From: Candidatus Nanohaloarchaea archaeon
GTDB taxonomy: Archaea; Nanohalarchaeota; Nanosalinia; Nanosalinales; Nanosalinaceae
Reading direction: 5' to 3'
Length of the DNA: 22,435 bases
Assembly (NCBI GenBank): GCA_047617745.1
Contig: JBLGBN010000014.1
Span: 1-22,435 of the forward strand
Positions within the stretch are counted from its first letter, which is position 1. Each line of letters starts with the position of its first letter. Positions 1-7,055 of the stretch are shown here, one piece after another. The notes beneath the pieces were generated by a model. That model was not told where the DNA came from, made no database searches, and saw only the letters and a list, made by a program, of their open reading frames with translations. The position numbers and the translations under genes were made by a program.

Positions 1-144
1 AGCCCCGAGAGGGATTTGAACCCTCGATCTGTCCCTTTCTTGCCCTTTTTGTTTGGAAGCCACCGAAGTGGTTTATCGCGTGCCGCACTGTGCGACAGCA
101 GGCGTTACAAGGGGACCGCTCTAGCCAGACTGAGCCATCGAGGC
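1..144 (-). tRNA. tRNA-Thr(UGU) with 69-nt intron at canonical 37/38 position (intron 37..105)
   Basis: Minus strand folds as acceptor GCCTCGA/TCGGGGC plus U73, D arm GCTC/GAGC, anticodon stem GTCCC/GGGAC, anticodon TGT (107-109), T arm GAGGG-TTCAAAT-CCCTC. BHB central helix CUUG/CAAG with UA|A and AA|A bulges. 3' end is at the window edge. Confidence 0.95.
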
Positions 145-235
145 ATCTGGTATTTAGGAAAAGTTGGTGAAGAGTTAAATAAGGTTGGAGTAGGGGCCTG
201 TTTGATATAGTTTGTTTCCTGTTTTTCCCGATAGG

Positions 236-847
236 ATGACTGTGATTAAAGGAGAGTTGAATGATCCGAATTCCGGCCAGGTTTCCGTTTCTACTGATTT
301 TGAGACTGCGGTTGTCGGAGATCTGGATCGATACTGTGATGACCTGGAGTACATGGAGGTTGACGGCTTGAGATTGGGAAGTCCTGTGGAAATTGAGTTC
401 TTGGACAGCTCTGTAAGCTTCAGGAATGTACCGGTAGATAATGTGTCACATTACAGGTACTCCGGCAGGGATTACAGCCCGGATTTCTTTGATGATATTA
501 TTATGGAGACTGAGTCTATGAGGAGGGCTCCTTCAGTTGTTGAATCAGGGAATGGCTACGAGGTGGTTGACGGCAACTCCTATTTCGAGGCCTACCAGGA
601 GACTCGAAACGAGAACAGTATCTGGGTGAGAGTGCACGACTACAGTCCTGAAGAGGCGCTGGATCATTTCCTGGACGATCATTTTCCATCTAACAAACCT
701 GAACTTGAGTCGGGAAGCTGGTACAGTGATGAGGAGATTGACAGGACACTGGAGAATCTTTACGGCGATCTCGGCGGAGAGATAAGTCTGTCGGAACTGG
801 AGGAATCAGAGAGAATAGGTTTTAACGTGGATAGGATGAGATGGTAA
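236..847 (+). CDS. ParB/Srx-like N-terminal domain protein, apparently degenerate
   Basis: PSVVESGNGYEVVDGNSYFEAY...IWVRV resembles the ParBc P.V...YE.VDG.RR..A motif, but the Arg pair is missing. ATG 236 is about 27 nt after TTTGATATA; the ORF track start at 212 is TTG. Confidence 0.55.
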   Translation: MTVIKGELNDPNSGQVSVSTDFETAVVGDLDRYCDDLEYMEVDGLRLGSPVEIEFLDSSVSFRNVPVDNVSHYRYSGRDYSPDFFDDIIMETESMRRAPSVVESGNGYEVVDGNSYFEAYQETRNENSIWVRVHDYSPEEALDHFLDDHFPSNKPELESGSWYSDEEIDRTLENLYGDLGGEISLSELEESERIGFNVDRMRW

Positions 848-857
848 AAATGAAGGT

Positions 858-1169
858 TTAAGTTACATCGACATCTGCATCGTCTACGTCTGCGTCCGGA
901 CCTCTCTGCTTGATTTCCTTCTTCTTGGCGTCCTTGATCCTGTTGACATTGATGCTTCTTGTGCATTCAGGGCATTCGATCCACCAAGGTCGTTGTCCTA
1001 GTTCCTGTTCGCCGTCCCATTCGTTTCCGCAGTAAGGGCATTCGATCTCGTAGAAGTATTTCTCGTTGTCGTAGGAGAACATTTTAACTCTCCCAGTCTT
1101 CTCTCCTTCGTCATTTTCCACTTCTCTGTTGGTGACGTACTCCGCCCTTTCGTAGTCAATTTCTTTCAT
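858..1169 (-). CDS. small zinc-ribbon protein (CPYC...CPEC)
   Basis: Two CPxC motifs and an acidic tail; TATA-like TTTAAA about 30 nt upstream. Confidence 0.75.
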   Translation of the reverse strand: MKEIDYERAEYVTNREVENDEGEKTGRVKMFSYDNEKYFYEIECPYCGNEWDGEQELGQRPWWIECPECTRSINVNRIKDAKKKEIKQRGPDADVDDADVDVT

Positions 1170-1257
1170 ACTATCATCATTAAGACTTGGTTAAAGTTTA
1201 AATGTTTTCCAGAAACTGGTGGTCCAGTATCTTTCCGCTCTGGAAAACCTGTTTTTT

Positions 1258-1740
1258 CTAGGTAAGCATTTCGCGGTAGATCAGTTCTCTTTCTTCTTCG
1301 TCCGGCATCTCTATCTCGATCTTTTCCGTACCTTCGATATCCGAGATTGATTTCTCTATTCCCAGCTCTTCTACTGGTTCGTCGGATTTGATTTTCTTGA
1401 TATCAGGGTTGTATTTTCTCAGCTGTTTCAGATCCCATTTCCTGTCCGTTTCCAGGACCACGAGATTCCATCCCTGGACCGTCGCCAGGAAGGCTCGAAC
1501 TGCATCCTCCCTGCTCTCCAGCCGGGTGTATGCCAGCTCGTCGACCGGCTCTCCTTTCAGACCTTTGTATGTCTCTTCTTCTACCTCAAAGCTTTCGATT
1601 CCCGGAACTCTCTCGAGGACTTCTTTTTCCTCTACTTCAGCTTCGATTATATCTCCATTTACCTCCGGGTTTTCAACCCGTTTCTCAAGGTTCTCTCTAA
1701 GCTGTTCGATATCCCGGATTGGCGTGATTTTTGCTTTCAT
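1258..1740 (-). CDS. acidic hypothetical protein
   Basis: 160-aa Glu-rich ORF typical of this proteome, divergent from 1793. No motif recognised. Confidence 0.75.
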   Translation of the reverse strand: MKAKITPIRDIEQLRENLEKRVENPEVNGDIIEAEVEEKEVLERVPGIESFEVEEETYKGLKGEPVDELAYTRLESREDAVRAFLATVQGWNLVVLETDRKWDLKQLRKYNPDIKKIKSDEPVEELGIEKSISDIEGTEKIEIEMPDEEERELIYREMLT

Positions 1741-1792
1741 AACCACTCATTGTTCACAAAGGCTTTTATTTGGAGTTCGAGAAGTCTACTGT

Positions 1793-2116
1793 ATGGGACT
1801 TTTCGATGATACATCATCCAGCAAGAAAGGAGAGGTAAGAATAGGAGTTCCGGATGAGGATAAAGATGACTCGAAGCTGAGAAGTGAGGTTGAGTCAAAA
1901 ATAGATGCGGCAACAGGTTCATCAGATAGGAGTTCGAAATCCTCGAGTAATGTTTCAAGGAAGGAGCTCCACCGACAGAACGAGAGAATAATTGAACTAC
2001 TGGAGAAACTTGTTGATGAGGGAAAAACAGATACAGGTAGCAGGGTTACAGATAGAACTACGGATCGAAATGATGATGATGACGGTATGAGAGGTGGAAT
2101 GGATGAGCTATTATGA
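1793..2116 (+). CDS. low-complexity acidic protein with QNERIIELLE coiled-coil motif
   Basis: ATG 1793 (MGLFDD) is about 26 nt after TTTTATT. The upstream part of the 242-aa ORF is antisense shadow of 1258..1740. Confidence 0.75.
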   Translation: MGLFDDTSSSKKGEVRIGVPDEDKDDSKLRSEVESKIDAATGSSDRSSKSSSNVSRKELHRQNERIIELLEKLVDEGKTDTGSRVTDRTTDRNDDDDGMRGGMDELL

Positions 2117-2477
2117 TAACGTAAAGGACAATGTCAAGAACAACAAATCCGGTTCAAGTTCAGGAGGCGGCGCGCCGTCCTTCGATACGCTGAAAGAAGC
2201 GGCTGAAGAAACCTCGGAAGAAGAGGATGAAAACGAGGGAGATGATACGCCTATTGAAGTGCTTGAGGAAGGCGGGTTACGTGAACAGAAAACCTCGAGC
2301 CAGAAAAAAAGTTCTTCCAAGGAACAGAATCAGTCTCGTTCCGTCGAGAAAAGTAATGAAGGTAACCAGCGTCAGAAAGCTGAGGCTGTTGATTTCTCCG
2401 GCCTGGAGTCCAAACTGGACAGGATTATCGAGCAGAACGACAGGATGATTGAGATCCTGGAAAGCTTTGCGTCTTAA
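2103..2477 (+). CDS. low-complexity acidic protein with C-terminal QNDRMIEILE coiled-coil motif
   Basis: SD GAGGTG at 2091-2096, ATG 2103 (MSYYDNVK); overlaps the previous stop, suggesting translational coupling. Confidence 0.75.
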   Translation: MSYYDNVKDNVKNNKSGSSSGGGAPSFDTLKEAAEETSEEEDENEGDDTPIEVLEEGGLREQKTSSQKKSSSKEQNQSRSVEKSNEGNQRQKAEAVDFSGLESKLDRIIEQNDRMIEILESFAS

Positions 2478-2749
2478 ACTACTTTGACGTTAATCTTTCT
2501 TCTTCCTTCATCCGTACTCTGCATTTCCTGTCTTAGTTCCAGTTCAACTGAGAGCTTCTTGTAAGTATCTCCTTCCTTGAACTCTAGTTCGACCCGGTTG
2601 TCCTTGTTGGGTGTAATCTGTACTTCCTCTCTGCCCTTGAAGCTCAGTCCTACCTCTCCTTCTCTGAGCTTATCGGCGAAATTGTCAAGGAAGTTTGCGA
2701 GTTCATCGTTGGAAAATTCAAAGTCGAGTTCTACCTCTTCGCTTGCCAT
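2474..2749 (-). CDS. amphi-Trp domain-like protein
   Basis: ELANFLDNFADKLREGEV.L....V.I.P....ELEF......LSVELEL matches the amphi-Trp domain layout, but the namesake Trp is Leu. Confidence 0.65.
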   Translation of the reverse strand: MASEEVELDFEFSNDELANFLDNFADKLREGEVGLSFKGREEVQITPNKDNRVELEFKEGDTYKKLSVELELRQEMQSTDEGRRKINVKVV

Positions 2750-2799
2750 AGGTAATAAAGAAAGAGAAAAGGTTTTATTTTTTAGTGGTGGTTACGGAT

Positions 2800-3060
2800 T
2801 CAGTCCTTGTTCATCAGCTTCCTCGAAAGGAAGTGATCCTTCTCCTCAAGCTCTCTGATGGATTCAATTGCAAACAGGTAACCTGCTCCCATCATCACTA
2901 CTCCAAGAAACGCCGGCCCTAGATCCGCGTAAGTTGAAAGCGGGTAGAGACCGGAAAGCACTAGAAGCGTTCCCAGTACGAAAAGTGTGAAAGATACCGC
3001 AACCTCCTGGTTCGTTGTCATCTTCGGTAGTCCGAAACGGTCTTCAGCTTCTTCTGTCAT
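2800..3060 (-). CDS. small two-TM membrane protein
   Basis: Two hydrophobic segments (VAVSFTLFVLGTLLVLSGL; AFLGVVMMGAGYLFAI). ATGA overlap with the arvC stop. Confidence 0.8.
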   Translation of the reverse strand: MTEEAEDRFGLPKMTTNQEVAVSFTLFVLGTLLVLSGLYPLSTYADLGPAFLGVVMMGAGYLFAIESIRELEEKDHFLSRKLMNKD

Positions 3061-3446
3061 GTTATATCAAGCTCCGATGAGTCGATTTCCTTGCTTCCAG
3101 GGGTAAAAGCTGACGGTAAGTGGACGTGGTAGACGCCCTCTGTCTTCCGTATAACCAGCGGAACCTCCTTCAGCAGGCGTGAAACGTTTATGTTGTACAC
3201 GCCTTCTTCTTCGACTACAATACTGTCTAGGTCGAACTTGAACTTAATATTTTCCCTTTCCTCGAGGCCTTCCTCCACCATTTCCTCAATATCGGACCGG
3301 ACCTCTGATCTTTCATCTTCAGATAATTCCTCTTCCTCGGGCTCGTTCTCGTAGATGAAAAGCGATGACCCACATTCGCATCCGTCAATTAACTCTTCAG
3401 AATCGTCTTCGTATGTGTTACCGCAGTTCATACACCTGTGTGGCAT
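3057..3446 (-). CDS. arvC: OapC/ArvC zinc-ribbon protein (DUF2072)
   Basis: MPHRCMNCG...GCECGSSLF N-terminus and SIVVEEEGVYNINVSRLL...EGVYHVHL C-terminus; third gene after the GTPase and DUF2073. Confidence 0.85.
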   Translation of the reverse strand: MPHRCMNCGNTYEDDSEELIDGCECGSSLFIYENEPEEEELSEDERSEVRSDIEEMVEEGLEERENIKFKFDLDSIVVEEEGVYNINVSRLLKEVPLVIRKTEGVYHVHLPSAFTPGSKEIDSSELDIT

Positions 3447-3454
3447 TTTTCCAC

Positions 3455-3844
3455 CTAGGAGCTTTCTTCTTCCATTTTTGCGAGGAACGATACTGTGTCT
3501 TTCTCCTCTTTGATTTTCTCCATAACCCTCGAGTTTCCTACAATGGTGATGCCTCTCCTGTAGTCCTCGTTCAGAAATTTGTCGTACACAAAGTTGCGGG
3601 CTTTCTCCAGTCTAGTATTTTCGGAGTTCAGTCCCATAAATTCGACACCAGGGAAGTCGTCGTCAACCTCCTCCATAGATGTCTTGATCAGTTCTCTTTT
3701 CTCGCCGGGAGCCCAGGATTCTTCGAGTACCAGTACAGCGTTGTCCTTGACTTTTTCAAGCACTAGCTCTAGCTTCTCCTCGAACTCTACGCTGTTAAGC
3801 TTCTCCTTTGACAGGAACTCGATTGTTACTCCGTCTTCTCCCAT
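3455..3844 (-). CDS. arvB: OapB/ArvB protein (DUF2073)
   Basis: IEFLSKEKL...EKLELVLEKVKD..VLVLEE...LIKTSMEEVDDDFPGVEF...GITIVG matches DUF2073. Abuts the arvA stop. Confidence 0.85.
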   Translation of the reverse strand: MGEDGVTIEFLSKEKLNSVEFEEKLELVLEKVKDNAVLVLEESWAPGEKRELIKTSMEEVDDDFPGVEFMGLNSENTRLEKARNFVYDKFLNEDYRRGITIVGNSRVMEKIKEEKDTVSFLAKMEEESS

Positions 3845-4474
3845 TTAACTTAACCTTTCGATTATTTCCTCATAAAGTTTGTCGATGTTTGTGCCCTCTT
3901 TGGCGGAAATCTCCAGTACAGGGTGCTGAGGGAATGCATCCCGTACCCTCTCCGGCTCCGCATCCTCTAAATCTACCTTGTTCGCGAGAACCAGGATAGG
4001 AATGTCTTTGGCCTCAAGGTTTCCAATAATAGTTACGTTGACCTGCGTGTAAGGATCTTCTGTAGCGTCAAAAATTACAAGGCAGGCATCTACATCGTCG
4101 AGGTATTTGATTGCCTCGACAATTCCCTTGGTTGCTTCTTTTGCTCTACCTTTAGCCTCGTCTTCCTCCATTCCATGTTCTGTGAAATCCTTGAAGTCGA
4201 CGTTTGTAGAAATTCCTGGCATGTCGAGAAGATTGATTTCCAGCGATCGGCCGTCGTCAGCTTCTATAGTAACTTTTTCTTTTTTCTCGACTGCTCGAGT
4301 TTCGTGAGGTACCTCAGAAATATCGCTCATTTCTTCGCCTGTCAGATCCTTCGAGATCTGGTTAGCGAGCGTTGATTTACCTGCGTTTGGTGGTCCGTAA
4401 ATACCTATGCCGATATCGTCCTTTCCTGAATCGCTGAACAAGTTGTTGAAAAGTTCCTTCAAACGCTTTATCAT
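3845..4474 (-). CDS. arvA: OapA/ArvA Era-like small GTPase
   Basis: G1 GPPNAGKS, G2 PHETR, G3 DMPG, G4 NKVD, G5 ISAK; family motifs RAKEATKGIVEAIKYL and DPYTQVN; N-terminal amphipathic helix MIKRLKELFNNLFS. Start chosen at ATG 4474, downstream of the TATA at about 4510-4517. Confidence 0.9.
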   Translation of the reverse strand: MIKRLKELFNNLFSDSGKDDIGIGIYGPPNAGKSTLANQISKDLTGEEMSDISEVPHETRAVEKKEKVTIEADDGRSLEINLLDMPGISTNVDFKDFTEHGMEEDEAKGRAKEATKGIVEAIKYLDDVDACLVIFDATEDPYTQVNVTIIGNLEAKDIPILVLANKVDLEDAEPERVRDAFPQHPVLEISAKEGTNIDKLYEEIIERLS

Positions 4475-4596
4475 GTTGACACCAGTTAATACTAAATCCG
4501 TTCCATAGGTATAAAAACTATTTGCCTTCCTTTCAGCCATGGAACAGTCCGGAATCCTGATACTTTTTAATTAAAGTTTGGAACAAAAACTCCAGT

Positions 4597-5031
4597 GTGA
4601 AAACTGAAAAAGGCGTTATAATAATAGCGTACAAGGATCGGATGAAGCCCCGGTTCGTGGTTCTCAACCGCTCCAAGAACTGGGAGGGCTGGGAACTGCC
4701 TAAAGGCCACCTCGAAGATGATGATTATCGGGAAACCGTTAAACTCGAGCTGAAAGAGGAAGCAGGAATCATCGAGGAGCATATCAAGGAGATATCCGAT
4801 CTTGATCACATAGTTGAGTGGACATTCGAGGACGACGGCGAGGAAATCCGGAGAGAGTACAGCGCATTTATTGTCGAGTTGAGCGAAGACGCTTTTATCG
4901 ATGTCAACGCCAACCCTCACGATGAACACGATCAAGGTTTCTTCTTCCGGGAAGAAGATGCAAAGTCTCTTCTAACCTACGACAACAATATCAAGGTTCT
5001 AGAGAAAGCTATTGAAGAGATCGAAAACTGA
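4597..5031 (+). CDS. Nudix hydrolase (Ap4A hydrolase-like)
   Basis: WELPKGHLE...ELKEEAGI Nudix box and a downstream EH motif. GTG start about 27 nt after TTTTTAATTAAA. Confidence 0.85.
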   Translation: MKTEKGVIIIAYKDRMKPRFVVLNRSKNWEGWELPKGHLEDDDYRETVKLELKEEAGIIEEHIKEISDLDHIVEWTFEDDGEEIRREYSAFIVELSEDAFIDVNANPHDEHDQGFFFREEDAKSLLTYDNNIKVLEKAIEEIEN

Positions 5032-5082
5032 TTCACCAGAGTTTTAACCTTCGACGACAATTCTTTTTTAGGTGAAATAAAA

Positions 5083-5331
5083 ATGACACAGCCGGAACAG
5101 ATGCTGGAAGTATACCAGTTTGAAGGATGCCCTTACTGCTCAAAAGTAAGATCAAAGCTAACAGAACTTGGTATCGACTTTATAGCAAGACAGGTCGACA
5201 AAAATGACCGGTCAAGAGTACAAGAAGTATCAGGACAGACTAATGTTCCAGTCCTGGTCGATCCAAACACCGATACTGTCATGCCGGAGAGCGATGATAT
5301 CGTGGAATATCTGGAAGAGCACTACGGGTAG
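5083..5331 (+). CDS. glutaredoxin-family protein
   Basis: CPYC active site, VPVL cis-Pro motif, ESDDIVEYL; SD AGGTGA upstream. Confidence 0.92.
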   Translation: MTQPEQMLEVYQFEGCPYCSKVRSKLTELGIDFIARQVDKNDRSRVQEVSGQTNVPVLVDPNTDTVMPESDDIVEYLEEHYG

Positions 5332-5879
5332 AAGTTCTCTTCAAGAAAAAGATCAATAATTTCTTCATATTCTTCATTTATTTCATATCGTTCAGTTCCT
5401 GTAGGAGTCAATCCCTGTGAGACTATTTCCTCTCCCATCATGTTACCTAACCTACCTGTTTCTGATACCTCTTTTGCAGCATCAACTGCTTGCCCTTCAG
5501 TGAAACTTCCGCTAGTCTGTTTGAACAGTTCGTAAAGAACGCTCAGTTTGCCTTCAGGATATATTATTGTTTCCGATTCTGCCTCTAAACCTATTTCCTC
5601 AAGGTAATCCTGATTCTTTTCTGCCTGTTCCTTTTTTCTCCCGATCATGCTTTCAATTGTGTCTGGTGAGACTGAGTCTGTCACCCCGACTTCTATATTG
5701 ACAAGCTGTCCTTCGATATATGTGTCCTCAAGTAGGATATCTACACGGCCCTCTGCGTTATGCTCTTCCTGAGGTACATCTCTAATTATTCCGGGGTAAA
5801 TTTCATTGACAGCTTTTACCGTGTATCCTTCTTCAGAATAGTTCTGGCTTACTTCTTCAAGAATATCTTCTCTTGTCAT
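5322..5879 (-). CDS. hypothetical protein, possible degenerate PD-(D/E)xK fold
   Basis: GRVDILLE...VNIEVG resembles the D...ExK pattern with Lys replaced by Gly; AT-richer codons. Confidence 0.5.
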   Translation of the reverse strand: MTREDILEEVSQNYSEEGYTVKAVNEIYPGIIRDVPQEEHNAEGRVDILLEDTYIEGQLVNIEVGVTDSVSPDTIESMIGRKKEQAEKNQDYLEEIGLEAESETIIYPEGKLSVLYELFKQTSGSFTEGQAVDAAKEVSETGRLGNMMGEEIVSQGLTPTGTERYEINEEYEEIIDLFLEENFYP

Positions 5880-5894
5880 ATTGGTTTCTCCATG

Positions 5895-6305
5895 TTAGTC
5901 CAGCTCTCTTTCCGCCGCTTCCTGTAGATCTTCGTATGTCATTTCAAGATCTTTTTTCGGTGAGAGGTCTTCAAGGTAATCTGTTACCTTGTCCGCTCCG
6001 TCTATACTCGATTCGCACAGTTCATCTTTCGCTCCTTCAGAGATGTTCAGGAGCCGGTTGTACGCCTCTTCTACATTGTCTTCCTTATCCTGTAGTAGAA
6101 GTTTCTCCGCCTGCGCAATGTCCCATGCCGCTGCTGCATAGTCGCTCTCCTCATTAGTTCCATCCATCAGTTGCTGGTAAGATTCCTGCAGATTTGTGGC
6201 GGCTTCAATAAAATTTTCTCTCTGAGGTACACTAGCTGTAGATTCTAGGACGATTTTCTGGCTATTTTCGATACCTTCAATCGCCTTGTCGACTACCTCG
6301 TTCAT
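5895..6305 (-). CDS. acidic helical hypothetical protein
   Basis: 136-aa ORF; TTTAAA about 25 nt upstream of the ATG. Confidence 0.7.
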   Translation of the reverse strand: MNEVVDKAIEGIENSQKIVLESTASVPQRENFIEAATNLQESYQQLMDGTNEESDYAAAAWDIAQAEKLLLQDKEDNVEEAYNRLLNISEGAKDELCESSIDGADKVTDYLEDLSPKKDLEMTYEDLQEAAERELD

Positions 6306-6407
6306 AGAATATAATTAGACTTCCAGGTTTAAATGTGTTACCGAAAAGTGACAACTAAATGCAGAAGTGTGTCCTGCTTGATTAAATTCAATGGCAAGTA
6401 AGAAAGA

Positions 6408-6482
6408 TGGACCGGCCCAGATTTGAACTGGGGATCTCCACGTTATCAGCGTGGCGCTATAACCTGGCTAAGCTACCGGTCC
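6408..6482 (-). tRNA. tRNA-Ile(GAU), intronless, CCA not encoded
   Basis: Acceptor GGACCGG/CCGGTCC plus A73; anticodon arm CCACG-CTGATAA-CGTGG; T arm CCCAG-TTCAAAT-CTGGG. Confidence 0.97.
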
Positions 6483-6572
6483 TCGCTGTGTAGAATTTTT
6501 AGTTGGGTAAGGGTTTTTAATGCATCCCTCGGTGTCGATAGTTTTTAACCCAATCAATTATAAACCGTTGCT

Positions 6573-7055
6573 GTGAGTCTAGAGCAGGAGTACCGCAAGG
6601 ACGTTGAGAAGCTAGGAGAGTCGATGGAAGACGTTGTTTCCAGACATAGAGCTTCCCAGATAAAGTCCTTTCTTGACCACATCCTGCCGATCGCACTGCT
6701 TTCACTAACCTTTGTTCTGATCTTCAGCCTGGCGGTCCCGGTTACAGATCAGATGGCGGTGTATATCAACTACCTGAACTGGGGCGTGGTTCTCTACTTC
6801 GCGTCCAGGCTTGCTGTGGAACTCAGGCTTTCTGACCACCGCGAACAGTTTGTACAGAACCATTTTCTGGACTTCTTACTTGTCATACCGGCTTTCTCAG
6901 TTCTAAAGCAGGTTCAGCTAGTGGAGGCAATTGCAGAGTTCGAACTGTTTGAGGAAGAGAACGCTATGATATCTGCCACCTTTTTCAAAGAAGCAGGTAT
7001 AGCGGCTCAGGCCACTAAAATAACGAGAATGTTGAAAAGAAGTATAGGTCTTTAG
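6573..7055 (+). CDS. membrane protein resembling an ion-channel voltage-sensor (S1-S4-like) region with no pore domain
   Basis: Three hydrophobic segments, QFVQNHFLDFLLVIP (S3-like W/FLDLL.V.P motif) and basic end KITRMLKR. Start uncertain (GTG 6573 or a downstream ATG). Confidence 0.55.
   Translation: MSLEQEYRKDVEKLGESMEDVVSRHRASQIKSFLDHILPIALLSLTFVLIFSLAVPVTDQMAVYINYLNWGVVLYFASRLAVELRLSDHREQFVQNHFLDFLLVIPAFSVLKQVQLVEAIAEFELFEEENAMISATFFKEAGIAAQATKITRMLKRSIGL

Noticed and set aside
16..210. 64-aa ORF (also 7231..7416 and 6517..6705)
   Set aside because: They overlap tRNA genes or lie antisense to better-supported genes, and lack the acidic composition of real proteins here.
1205..1250. TTCCAG/CTGGAAA motifs as ORB origin boxes (also 4590-4613, 8712, 14990)
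   Set aside because: They are scattered, lack G-strings and paired arrangement, and some sit where a purine-rich BRE is expected next to a TATA box.
1388..1792. N-terminal 135 aa of the 242-aa ORF and the many other Ser/Phe-rich antisense ORFs
   Set aside because: These are shadow frames produced by GAA/GAG-rich sense genes.
4475..4540. Upstream extensions of arvA (similarly DRG 11298-11342, MCM 18858-18974, PCD 18835-18909)
   Set aside because: They run through promoters or divergent genes, and family similarity starts at the downstream ATG.
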